NCBI RefSeq assembly: GCF_000281045.1
Contig: NW_008246070.1
Span: forward strand, 1,038,193 to 1,102,192
Direction: 5' to 3'
DNA from: Saprolegnia diclina VS20
Taxonomy: Eukaryota
DNA length: 64,000 nt
In this document: one piece after another, positions 1-10,940 of the stretch
How positions within the stretch are numbered: position 1 is the stretch's first letter
Layout of the letters: every line of letters starts with the position of its first letter
Made by a program: the position numbers and the translations under genes
Notes under the pieces: model-generated
Told to the model about the DNA's origin: nothing
Seen by the model: the letters and a program-made list of their open reading frames with translations, nothing else
Database searches by the model: none

Positions 1-8
1 TCGCGCAC

Positions 9-1331
9 TTGGACGGCTGGTACAAAGAGACACAGTCCAAGACGTTCCTCCTCGTGCTCGGCAACCAAACCATGGTGGTGACCAAGGACCCGGCGATCTA
101 TAAGGCGGCGCTTGGGCTCAGCCATCAAAAATACTTCGACAGGGCGCCGTCCATCACCGCGGTCATGACGTACTTTCTACCTCGGTCCCTGGGCGCTGTC
201 ACTTCGCACGACTGGTCGCGCATCCGCCGGACGCTGCAGCGCGGCATGGCGATGCAGAGCTTTGACAACTTCCCATCGCTCGTCGCCTCGTGCATCCAAA
301 AGCTTGACCGTGCGACGCTCTCGAAACAACCGGCTTCGGACAACAAGGATGTCCTTACGGTCGTGCCCGAAGACTTTTTTCCGAGCCTCACGTTCGACGT
401 CTTCCACCGCCTCATGTATCAATGGGATCCCAACACGGTAGCCGGCGACTCGATGGACTTGCTGCGCGCTGCGCTCCACCTGAGCGAGATGTTTGCCGAG
501 CGGGTGATGCTGCCATTCCCGCTCTTGTGGAAGCTGCCGTTGCCGCGCAACTATGAAGCCGACGCTGCACTCCACGATCTGCACGCCAAGGTTGTCGAGC
601 TCGTCAACGCGCGGCGTCAGTACCTCGCGTCCCTTGACGAGCTACCGCATCCGACGTTGCTCGACTACCTCCTCGGTGCCCTCGAGGACGAGACACTTTC
701 AAACGACGAAGTTTACGACAACGTCACGGGCTTCTTCATTGCGGCATTTGACACGACATCGAACGCACTCTCGCTTCTCTTCAACAACCTCGCGCTGAAT
801 CCGGATGTCCAGGCCAAGCTGCGCGCAGCGCTTGCCACGTCATTTCCGGGCGGGCCGGATGCAATCGCGCGCGCGACGTCCAAAGATCTGGATGGCTGCG
901 ACTACTTGACGATGACGCTGGACGAAAGCATGCGACTCACACCACCCATCCACAGCGCCGTGCGCAAGTGCGTTCAGGCGTGCGAGATCCACGGCGTCCG
1001 CTTCGAAGTCGGCGACGAGCTCTTCATGCACAGCCACGGCGCCGCTATGGACCCCGACAACTACGCCGGTATGGACGACCTCGAGTGCTTCCGGCCCGAA
1101 CGCTTCCAAGATACTACGTTCGACAAGCCGGTCTCACTGGTCTTTGGCTATGGGCAGCGCATGTGTCTGGGTCGCCACCTGGCCATCGCCGAGATGAAAG
1201 CCATTTGCGCCTACGTCGTTTCGTCGTACGGGCTCTCGCGCCCAGCAGACGGCCCGCCGCTCAAATTGGACTCGACGCTCACGATCGGCACCAAAGTCGG
1301 GTACGGCACCATGCACTGGCGCCGTCTCTAG
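9..1331 (+). CDS. Cytochrome P450 (5' end probably outside the window)
   Basis: I-helix AAFDTT, K-helix ESMR (ExxR), PERF and heme motif FGYGQRMCLG. The ORF starts at TTG near the window edge and lacks an N-terminal anchor. Confidence 0.95.
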   Translation: MDGWYKETQSKTFLLVLGNQTMVVTKDPAIYKAALGLSHQKYFDRAPSITAVMTYFLPRSLGAVTSHDWSRIRRTLQRGMAMQSFDNFPSLVASCIQKLDRATLSKQPASDNKDVLTVVPEDFFPSLTFDVFHRLMYQWDPNTVAGDSMDLLRAALHLSEMFAERVMLPFPLLWKLPLPRNYEADAALHDLHAKVVELVNARRQYLASLDELPHPTLLDYLLGALEDETLSNDEVYDNVTGFFIAAFDTTSNALSLLFNNLALNPDVQAKLRAALATSFPGGPDAIARATSKDLDGCDYLTMTLDESMRLTPPIHSAVRKCVQACEIHGVRFEVGDELFMHSHGAAMDPDNYAGMDDLECFRPERFQDTTFDKPVSLVFGYGQRMCLGRHLAIAEMKAICAYVVSSYGLSRPADGPPLKLDSTLTIGTKVGYGTMHWRRL

Positions 1332-1399
1332 CGGCCTCGTCCTGCACAAAGTCAGTTGATAAATACACGTCCCATGTTCTTTCTACAGCTGCAAAACGT

Positions 1400-3101
1400 C
1401 TACTTGGAGAGAGCGTTGGCGCGGAGCCAGTCGTCGAGCGTGCGCGCAATGTCCATCATACTCGGTCGCGCTTGCGGGTCTGAGCGCAGACACGCGGCGA
1501 GAAGGGCGCGGTGCTCGTCAGGGCACGCCGAGACCGCGTCGATGCTGAGCCGGTGCCCCTCGAGCACAAGCGCCGCGGCTTCCTGCGGCGGCATGTCGCG
1601 GCCAAACGGCTCGGTGCCGACCATGATCTCGTAGAGGAGGACGCCAAACATATAGGCGTCCGACGCCGGCGAAAAGACGTGGGGGAGCTCCAAGCTCTCG
1701 GGGGCCATCCATTTCAGCGGCCCGAACCCCGGCTGGTCCAGAACGTGGCCCTAGAAGCGAGCATCACAACCAAGAGCCCCGAACGTCATGCGCAATACCA
1801 TGCGGTCGATGGGCCGCGAGAGACCAAAATCACACACTTTGACGTGAAAATCCGCGTCCAAGAGGCAGTTGCTACGGTGAAATGCCGCAAAATGTTATCT
1901 AACGGGCGGAGGACGTACCGAGCGGCTATGTCCCGGTGCAGAAACGAGCCTTGGTGGATGTTGAGCACGCCGTGCGCAGCGTCGCGCGCAAAGATCGTGC
2001 GCGGGTAGGCGCCGTACGTACGGTATTCCGAGTCGTACAAGAGCGACTCGACGCTGCCGTTGGGCACATACTCCATCACAAGCGCGAGGTCGTCGTCGCA
2101 GGCGCCGATGAACTCAACCACGTGCGGGTGCTTGCCGAGCATGGAGAGCGCGCGCACTTCGTGCAGAAACTCGTGGCGTGACACGCTCGATAGCACGTCC
2201 GTCTTGAGCTTCTTGACGACAACATCAGTGTTGTTGTAGACGGCTCGGTACGCTGTCCCAAAGGACCCGGCGCCAATCGGCTCGAGAAGCGTGAGCGACG
2301 AGAGCGGAATCGCCATGGCCTCGCGCGGCGGCGCGTCCAATGGTGTGTACGTCGACGGGTATGTCACGACACGTGCTTCGGATTCGTCTTCCTGACGCTG
2401 GTGACGAAGAATTGTTGGCGGCGGGATTGTAAAGTGCAAAATGGCCACGTGGGTGCCGACAATGACGCGGGCGCGACAGAGCCGACCAACGTCATCGTCC
2501 GCCTCGATTCGCTTGAGGTCAAAGAAGACCTTTTCCATTTCTTCGACCCTAGTAGCCATGGATATACCGCAACACCAACACCGGCGACCGCCTACCATTG
2601 AAACGACTTGGCCGACTCGCCGATAACTGTGAGGCCGACGCACGGCTCGATCGCGATCGTGATCATCGTGCCGTGGGTGACCCGGAGACCGCGCGAGAGG
2701 CGCCCGGTCTCGACGACGCCTTCGTCGAGCGCCATCGCCAGCATGTCTTCGAATTGGTGCGGTGCACACGCCCAAATAAACACGCGGCACTTGGCGTCCC
2801 ACGCCGGTGGGCCAAACGCACTAAAGTGCACGGGCAGCTGCAGTGACCGTGCGACGGGGTGCGTCGTGCGAATGTGATTGGTCAGCCGGCGCGTGGTCGA
2901 CGCTGGCGCCGCTGTGTACGTGAACGGCTGGTACGCTGGCACAGCACAATCGTAGCTCGGCGCATCAAATGCCGTGTACACGGCGAGCGGCTCGTCCGAC
3001 AGCAAAGGACTACCGGTGTCAAGGAGACTCCCACTCTTCCCTCCGGACGATGGCACTACCAAGGCGGTGGCCCCCGCGAGTGGCTTGGTCACGTCCGGCA
3101 T
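1400..3101 (-). CDS. TKL-type protein kinase with an uncharacterised N-terminal domain, multi-exon
   Basis: IGAGSFG, VVVKK, HRDIAAR|N (intron 1872-1918), DFG, then GPLKWMAPE after intron 1751-1798, SDAYMFG and ARPSM. The N-terminal exon is joined via a GT..AG intron near 2550-2594. Confidence 0.9.
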
Positions 3102-3154
3102 CTTGACGAGTGTTTCCTAGTCGCATCGATGCTAGGGTTAGGGTCCAGACACAG

Positions 3155-4300
3155 TCAGCGGCGGACCTTGTCGTCGAGCGACGAGGACGAAGACGAATGC
3201 AGCGACGGGAACGACCGAGGCGGCGTGTACCGATGGCTTGTTGGCTTTTGAAAGGAGAACCACTGCCGATGCAAGAGCATCGTGGTCGTGGGGCGGAGGC
3301 TCAAGTCATCTAAATACCGATTGAGCGGCCGCAGATGGCAGGTATGGGTCGTACGGGAGAGACACTCGAGCACGAGTGTCTGCGCGGGCACTGTGAGCGA
3401 CTGCAGCGCAACCGAGTCTCGAATCACATCGAGCTACGCGAAATCAATTCCTGTGCCACGAGTGCAGAGCATACGTGGGGGTCGTGGCCCGTCGTCAAGA
3501 GGTAGATAAGCGCCCCAAACGCAAAGCTAACGAGTCGCATGAGTGCACGAGGCGCTGAGAGGAGCGTACATATCGGCGGCTTTGCAGTGGGGTGTCGGCG
3601 GGTGCATGGCCGATGACGTGTGCAAGTCCAGGAACGGCGGCAGCAGCAACTGCAAGCGATCGCCAGCAATCTACGCGCAGAGCAAGCTCATCATGAAACC
3701 CCTCGATGCGAAGCGAGTGTACGTAGAGGTGGTGGATGGTGAGGTTGCCATGGACGATGCCACGCGTATGCAAATAGTGTAGCGCGTCGACAAGCGCAAA
3801 CGCCTTGCGGTGGAGCTACGCTAGCGTGAGTTCGATTCCGCATATGCGAATTGCACCTGCGCCTCGGTGTAGCCATCTTTCGAAGCGACGTCTTGGGCGA
3901 GCGTACGCATTGGTGCGAGGCGGGCATGCAGGAAGTAGACGACGTTCCATGTCGCCCCGGCGTCAAAGATGCCAATCACGGGCGCAATCAGCGGGTGCTC
4001 GCTGCCCGCAACGGCCAACTGTTCGAGCCGCCGAGACATGTCCCTACGCGCTGCGTGAGGCCAGGCGCGCAGCAGCCGATGCGTCTACTTTGTCAAGAGC
4101 GTCGTTTTGGATCGCGCGGCAATGAGCACGACGGCGCCGTCGTTCTCGAGGTCTGTGGCCAGCGCATGATGTGGCAGCGGCGCTGGCTGGTCGAGTGGCT
4201 CGAAGCGGGACGCCGGGTACGGCAGGCGCGGCAGTAGCGACGGCGGCCGCAGCGCCGGACATGAGAAGCCCATCGTGGTACTGAGGTATTGGAGCACCAT
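3155..4300 (-). CDS. Pseudokinase (degenerate kinase fold), about 7 exons
   Basis: Splicing short GT..AG introns gives HPLIAPVIGIF, LHYLHTRGIVHGNLTIHHLY, AADIFAFGALIYLLTTGHDP and RPTTTMLLHRQWF (subdomains IV, VI, IX, XI). HRD, DFG and APE are absent. Confidence 0.65.
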
Positions 4301-4929
4301 GCCTGCCAATGCCTATAGACAGGGTTTCAACGTCCCTCGGTATAACGACACTTGCTCGGATTAAAATATTGTTTGTGCCAACGCTCATTCATGACGTTCT
4401 TCAACCCAGGTACCTACATTCCGTATATACACGCATTCCAATTCGGGCATTCGCTTGTAAAGTATGTTTGGGCGCTCCGTAGTGCAAAAAAGTGGGCGTG
4501 ATGAACACAGATGACGGCGAGATTGTTACGCTGTGTGCGAATTCCGTGCCAGTGGTTGGATGACACATCGTTTCGGCAAATCTTGACAAGGGTTTGTCGC
4601 CCTGCACGAAGCTCTTACTACGTGGATAGCGACCTCTGGGTCCTTAGCTAGCGCATAAGATCGTGTAGCATTGTCTACCAAGGTGCAGGATCTAGATCCA
4701 CTGGAAGAGCCTGCCGCCCCACCACCCACCGTGGCCGATCCATCAACCAGCCAAGTCGCGATCAATGAGCAAGCGCAAGACAAAGGCCAACATCACCACG
4801 CGTTGACATATCACGCAGCGATGGCAGCTCTACCATTAGCTCGCAGAGGGGTCGACAGAGGTGTGATAGCAGCGATTAATTAAGGTACGTTAAGGATGGC
4901 ACGAGAATGCTATTGCACGAGTAGCGTCT

Positions 4930-5376
4930 TCAGTCGATATGCGGTGCAAGGGGTTGAAGCGACGGCAAGGCAAGGCTGTCGAGTCCTGAGCGGTTGGTGC
5001 GCGTCGTCTGGCTCTGTGCAGCGTCGGCCGAGGCAAGCGCGTGCAGCACCTGCACGAAGGGCGAGCACCATGACACGGGCAGGCTCTCCTGCCCGTCGTG
5101 CATCTTGACGAGGATCTCCGAGACTTCGCGCTCGAGGTCGGCTACGGGCGGGCGCTTGAAAGGCTTGTTGAGCTTGACAAACTCCTCAAGGTCCAGTGCC
5201 CGGATCGCCCGAAGGACCCATGCCCGCTGGCTGCGGGGCTTCTTCTCGCTGAAGCCGCGGATGTGCTCGGAGCAGAAGACGATGGATTCACTCACGCTGC
5301 GCAAGTGGCCGCGCGCAAAGCTGTCTTCGATCCATGCACCAAGCACGAGCTTCTGCTTCGCGTGGTCCGGGGTCAT
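4930..5376 (-). CDS. Hypothetical protein (148 aa), possibly HTH-like
   Basis: ATG-initiated ORF with GC-rich coding-like codons (MTPDHAKQKLVLGAWIEDSF...). Confidence 0.5.
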   Translation of the reverse strand: MTPDHAKQKLVLGAWIEDSFARGHLRSVSESIVFCSEHIRGFSEKKPRSQRAWVLRAIRALDLEEFVKLNKPFKRPPVADLEREVSEILVKMHDGQESLPVSWCSPFVQVLHALASADAAQSQTTRTNRSGLDSLALPSLQPLAPHID

Positions 5377-5991
5377 GGCAAATGTACCACCTCTCGCATT
5401 CGATGCGAAAAAGTTTACCGGATGCCATTCCCGGAAATAATTAGTTTCCCCGTTGAATAAAAGCCTGTGAAAATGAATGGGAGACTTTGGCATCCGGATA
5501 CGGGACCAGCGACACCCGAGCTTGACCAAGATCGCCGATGCGGTCACACCTCTGCCGACCCATCGATGGACGCACGCCATTGTTGAGCTACACAAGCTTC
5601 GATTGGCCATAGTAAAAGGCCCACTCGTGCTCGTACATCCCATGCGCTGCAGCTCGTCATCAACGTTCTAGTGCCAAGGCTCATTGCCTCCGCCGGCACA
5701 CCATGTCGGGCGCACAAGCTCTCGGAGCTTCCACCCACTGCTTGCGCATAGCGCGACGGCTTGTGTTACATTCGAAAATATACGATTGATCGCTTCAACC
5801 GACAGTACCGGTATTATGGTTGTTTGCCTGCCTTGGCAATACCTATCGTCTGGACGATACATGGCGATGGTCGAAAGCCGTTGGCACGCCCGTTGCCGGC
5901 GTCGAGCTCGCAACACCCCGCGGCTAGCACGACACCACTGCGAATACGACGCTGTTTGGCGATAATCATATGTCGTCGTGTATTCATTCAC

Positions 5992-7044
5992 TTAGTTTTC
6001 AAGCACAATGCGGAAGCGCACGTCACCGTTGTGGACCTTTTGCAGCGCGGCGGCGGCCTCCGCCATCGGCATCACCTGCACGATCGCGCGCACGTCCTTC
6101 TCGACCGCAAACTGCAGCATCTCCTCGATCATGGACGGCGACCCGATGATGGAGCCGACAATCGTGATCTGGCGCGGCACGACGGCAAACGCATGGAACG
6201 AAATCGGCTTCTCCGGCACCGCGATGAGCACAAACTTGCCTTCGGTCGCAATGAGATTGAAGAGCGCGCCCCAGTTGGTGTCGGCGCCGTACGACGTGCA
6301 GAGAACGATGTCGAACTGCTGCGCGGCGGCGGCGGCGGCCGCAGGATCGTTGTAGTTGAGGAACGCGTGCGCGCCAAGCACTTCCTTGCACTCCTGCTCC
6401 TTGCGGTTCGAAGACGAGAGCGCCGTGACATGCGCACCGAGCGCGACGGCCCACTGGATGCCCAAGTGGCCGAGACCACCGACGCCCAAGACACCAACCT
6501 TCGTGCCCGGCCCCGCGCCGTGCGTCTTGAGCGGCGAGTACGTCGTGATGCCGGCGCAGAGCAACGGGGCGGCACTGGCAGACGGGAGCGCGTCCGGAAT
6601 CGGCACGACAAACTGCGCGTGGCACCGATAGTAGTCGGCATACCCGCCCTGCGTGATGTACCCGTCCGTCGTCTCGCCGTTGTACGTGCCGAGGAAGCCG
6701 GGGCAGAGCTGCTCCTTGTGCTGGTCGCACTGCGCGCAGTCGAGGCAGCTACCGCACTGGGCACCGACACCGACGCGCGTCCCGATCGCGTACTTGGTCT
6801 GGTCGACCTTGGACCCGACGCGCACGACGTGCCCAAGGATTTCGTGGCCGACGACCATCGGGTACTTGATCTCGCCCCAGCCGCCCGTCAGCGTGTGCAA
6901 GTCCGAGCCGCAAATGCCGCAATGCGTCACCTTGATCTCGACGTCGTACTCCTCGTCAAAGGGCTTGGCCGCGTACGTGTGGGGCTTGACGTCGAGCGAC
7001 GGCTCAAAAGCGGCTTGCCCGTGGTAGATGTTGTTGGAGGCCAT
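5992..7044 (-). CDS. Zn-dependent NADP(H) alcohol dehydrogenase (cinnamyl-ADH/Adh6-like), copy 1
   Basis: CGICGSDLH, GHE, structural Zn motif CLDCAQC..C, APLLCAGITTYSPL, GVGGLGHLG and DVRFRIV; 350 aa, intronless. Confidence 0.97.
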   Translation of the reverse strand: MASNNIYHGQAAFEPSLDVKPHTYAAKPFDEEYDVEIKVTHCGICGSDLHTLTGGWGEIKYPMVVGHEILGHVVRVGSKVDQTKYAIGTRVGVGAQCGSCLDCAQCDQHKEQLCPGFLGTYNGETTDGYITQGGYADYYRCHAQFVVPIPDALPSASAAPLLCAGITTYSPLKTHGAGPGTKVGVLGVGGLGHLGIQWAVALGAHVTALSSSNRKEQECKEVLGAHAFLNYNDPAAAAAAAQQFDIVLCTSYGADTNWGALFNLIATEGKFVLIAVPEKPISFHAFAVVPRQITIVGSIIGSPSMIEEMLQFAVEKDVRAIVQVMPMAEAAAALQKVHNGDVRFRIVLEN

Positions 7045-8641
7045 GGTGGTGTCGATGAAAATTGATTTGTGCGCTGTGGATTGATGTGCGTCTTGGTGTT
7101 CATTTTTAGCGCCATCCCACCCCAGTCTTACCTGGTAGTCTATCGATGGTTCGTAGTATGCTGGGTTTTGTATGCTAGTCTTTAGAGTACATTTACTACG
7201 CATACAAGTACATGCACAGTCGTACTACTTGTCTGGCCTCGGCCTAATAGCTATGTCTCGGTCAACATTCGTGGTCCCGCACACATAGAAAACCTTGTGC
7301 CATACTACCAATCCAGAAACCAGCTGGCACAACATCTGGGTTGCGACGCCACGAGACCATCACTCGGCGGTGCGCGCTCAGCCGTCGAGTCCTAATGAAG
7401 ACGTCGTCCGATTTCGCTTGGAGCATCTGTCTTCAAACGCAGCCAAGTGATGAGTAGTAAGTGCATTGCAAAGACTAGCATACCTGTAAGCTGGCATACA
7501 CGCGCACAGTCAGTCGCTCAACTTCGGCGCTTGTCGCTAAAAATGAACACCAAGACGCACATCAATCCACAGCGCACAAATCAATTTCCATCGACACCAC
7601 CATGGCCTCCAACAACATCTACCACGGGCAAGCCGCTTTTGAGCCGTCGCTCGACGTCAAGCCCCACACGTACGCGGCCAAGCCCTTTGACGAGGAGTAC
7701 GACGTCGAGATCAAGGTGACGCACTGCGGCATTTGCGGCTCGGACTTGCACACGCTGACGGGCGGCTGGGGCGAGATCAAGTACCCGATGGTCGTCGGCC
7801 ACGAAATCCTTGGGCACGTCGTGCGCGTCGGGTCCAAGGTCGACCAGACCAAGTACGCGATCGGGACGCGCGTCGGTGTCGGTGCCCAGTGCGGCAGCTG
7901 CCTCGACTGCGCACAGTGCGACCAGCACAAGGAGCAGCTCTGCCCCGGCTTCCTCGGCACGTACAACGGCGAGACGACGGACGGGTACATCACGCAGGGC
8001 GGGTACGCCGACTACTACCGGTGCCACGCGCAGTTTGTCGTGCCGATTCCGGACGCGCTCCCGTCTGCCAGTGCCGCCCCGTTGCTCTGCGCCGGCATCA
8101 CGACGTACTCGCCGCTCAAGACGCACGGCGCGGGGCCGGGCACGAAGGTTGGTGTCTTGGGCGTCGGTGGTCTCGGCCACTTGGGCATCCAGTGGGCCGT
8201 CGCGCTCGGTGCGCATGTCACGGCGCTCTCGTCTTCGAACCGCAAGGAGCAGGAGTGCAAGGAAGTGCTTGGCGCGCACGCGTTCCTCAACTACAACGAT
8301 CCTGCGGCCGCCGCCGCCGCCGCGCAGCAGTTCGACATCGTTCTCTGCACGTCGTACGGCGCCGACACCAACTGGGGCGCGCTCTTCAATCTCATTGCGA
8401 CCGAAGGCAAGTTTGTGCTCATCGCGGTGCCCGAGAAGCCGATTTCGTTCCATGCGTTCGCCGTCGTGCCGCGCCAGATCACGATTGTCGGCTCCATCAT
8501 CGGGTCGCCGTCCATGATCGAGGAGATGCTGCAGTTTGCGGTCGAGAAGGACGTGCGCGCGATCGTGCAGGTGATGCCGATGGCGGAGGCCGCCGCCGCG
8601 CTGCAAAAGGTCCACAACGGTGACGTGCGCTTCCGCATTGT
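6005..8641. repeat. Inverted duplication: arms 6005-7111 and 7535-8641 (1107 bp each) with a 423-bp spacer
   Basis: Direct reverse-complement comparison shows only scattered single-base differences. Confidence 0.95.
7602..8641 (+). CDS. Zn-dependent alcohol dehydrogenase, copy 2 (last codons lost in the gap)
   Basis: Protein identical to copy 1 up to the N gap. Confidence 0.95.
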
Positions 8642-9081
8642 NNNNNNNNNNNNNNNNNNNNNNNNNNNNNNNNNNNNNNNNNNNNNNNNNNNNNNNNNNN
8701 NNNNNNNNNNNNNNNNNNNNNNNNNNNNNNNNNNNNNNNNNNNNNNNNNNNNNNNNNNNNNNNNNNNNNNNNNNNNNNNNNNNNNNNNNNNNNNNNNNNN
8801 NNNNNNNNNNNNNNNNNNNNNNNNNNNNNNNNNNNNNNNNNNNNNNNNNNNNNNNNNNNNNNNNNNNNNNNNNNNNNNNNNNNNNNNNNNNNNNNNNNNN
8901 NNNNNNNNNNNNNNNNNNNNNNNNNNNNNNNNNNNNNNNNNNNNNNNNNNNNNNNNNNNNNNNNNNNNNNNNNNNNNNNNNNNNNNNNNNNNNNNNNNNN
9001 NNNNNNNNNNNNNNNNNNNNNNNNNNNNNNNNNNNNNNNNNNNNNNNNNNNNNNNNNNNNNNNNNNNNNNNNNNNNNNNNN
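8642..9081. other. Assembly gap (440 N)
   Basis: Run of N. Confidence 1.
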
Positions 9082-9722
9082 GGGACGTCCTGACCCTCCT
9101 CGTGCTGGCGGCGGAGGCGCTTGACGTACCACGCGTTCCAGTATCCGAGGCCCGCGAGTGTGAGCACGATCAACGTCGGCGATATGTAGGCCATCGCGTG
9201 GAGCGGGAGGAGGTAGATGAGCACGAGGCGCACAAGCGCCTCCAAGACGAGGCCCGCGCCCCAGACGTAGCACATGAGGTTCGTCGACGTGCGCACGGTA
9301 GCATTGGCATACATCGCATCGAGGTGCGAGGTAGCGTCGGGGCCGGCCATTTGCCGGTAGTAGCGCCAGATGAGGTTCTCCTTGCCGCAAACCACCGAGA
9401 TGAGAAAGGCGACGCCAAACACAAAGGTCAAGAACGAGTCTTTGACGAGGAGGAGCTTGGCGTTGGACGTGATGGCCGCGAGCGCTGCGGAAAGCGCGAT
9501 CGAGACGACAACAAGACACGAGATCGGGTCGAGCGACCGCTGTTGCACCATAACAACAACGCTGTTGACCGCCGGCGGAATCGCCGAGAGAAGCAACGCG
9601 AGCACGTCCGACGTGTACGACGACGCAATGCTGTAGATGACCACGGGCGCGGCAAAGTCGACGAGCACCATGCGCAGAATGTGCCAGCGCACGTGCGAGC
9701 GGTTCACGGCTGCGTCGGCCAT
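9082..9722 (-). CDS. Multi-pass membrane protein, VC0807/IspA-like (3' end in the gap)
   Basis: About 6 hydrophobic helices; VDFAAPVVIY...ALLLSAIPP...LDPIS...KLLLVKDSFLT...WGAGLVLEALVR pattern recalled from the bacterial VC0807-like family; intronless. Confidence 0.7.
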
Positions 9723-9730
9723 CGTGTTCG

Positions 9731-9744
9731 AATTGGAAAATGAC
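9731..9744 (-). promoter_or_regulatory. Oomycete Inr/FPR-like core promoter
   Basis: Minus strand GTCATTTTCCAATT just upstream of ATG 9722, resembling the TCATTYYNCAWTT consensus. Confidence 0.5.
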
Positions 9745-10329
9745 ATAACTTTGATCCGCGGAACTTTTCCAGAGTTTTCGATTACGACCAGCACCAAGTC
9801 GTCATCGGCGCTACTATGGCCAATCACACGACACGGCGCCATGCTGATCCTCCGCATTTGGCTCCAACCTTGCCGCCGACCACAACCCACGCAAGCTTCT
9901 GGGTCGACATACCGGTACGTTACAGTCACTCCTTTGCGTTGATGGAGAGAGTGTGGGATGCAGCCCGGCCTGGGATGCAGCCATCTCGTGGAGCTTCCAG
10001 GGGACCAAGTTTTGGAACGCAGCTGTATCGTTAGACTTTTTGGGAGACGGTATTCAGCGTATGTTTGCTGCCGCCGCCTTGGCCTAGCACAACTCGGCGT
10101 ATTTTGCTGACTAACTAATTTTGAGATGGACCTTCTTCTGTGGTAACAGCATCCCGCCAAAAGCCGACGATGACGAGTCATATTCGTGATAAGGATAAAG
10201 GTATTATGACTTTGCTGGAGGACAAGAGAGAGACCAAAGGACACGTCATTCCTTTCCATTATTCGATTACGAATCAACGCAAAGGAAGAACGCCAAGAAC
10301 CAATGTTTGCACCACGAGATACACACCGT

Positions 10330-10940
10330 TTAGATGATGCCAATGCGGTTGGCGACATCGAGGGCATCGTAGTCGGCGGTGAGGCGCACGTACGCCTTCT
10401 TCTGGCCATCCGGGCTACGCAAAACGAGGATAAGCCACATGAACAATCGAAGCAGCACAGAAATATGCAGGAGACGGAGGGCCATGATGCGCCATGCATG
10501 TAGGTCGATCAACCGGCATGGCGCGGCCACAAAGGTGTCTCGCTCAGAATATCGACGCGATGGCTTTACCGGATGAGGGTGTTGATCTTCAACGCCTTGA
10601 TGTCGTACATCTGCTTGACGGCGTCCTTGATCTGGCGCTTGTTGGCGAGCTTGTCGACGAGGAAGACGAGCGTGTTGTTGTCTTCGATCTTCTTCATGGC
10701 GCTCTCCGTCGTCAAGGGGGACTTGATGATGCGGTACTTGTCCATCTTGTTGCGGCGGGGGACGGCATGGCGAGCGACCTTGGGGGCACGGGCCAAAGCG
10801 AGCGTCTTGGGCTTGTAGAAGTGGGTCTTCGTGCGGATCTCGACGACCTTGCCGTGCTTGCCCTTCAACACGCGGCGAGCGGTGTTGACGGCCTTCTTGG
10901 CAGCGGTGGTCTTGGCGGCGATCTTCTTGGCAGGGGCCAT
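10330..10940 (-). CDS. RPL23A: 60S ribosomal protein L23a (uL23); exons 10940-10570 and 10414-10330
   Basis: [37 protein letters not shown] and [12 protein letters not shown]; intron GTAAAG...GCGTAG at 10569-10415. Confidence 0.98.

Noticed and set aside
5761..7065. Long antisense ORFs over ADH, PDHB, INPP4 and others
   Set aside because: Shadow ORFs caused by high GC3 codon bias; they have no motifs.
7581..10499. 972-aa and 713-aa ORFs crossing the N gap
   Set aside because: Artefacts of translating through Ns; they join ADH (or its antisense) to the unrelated membrane gene.
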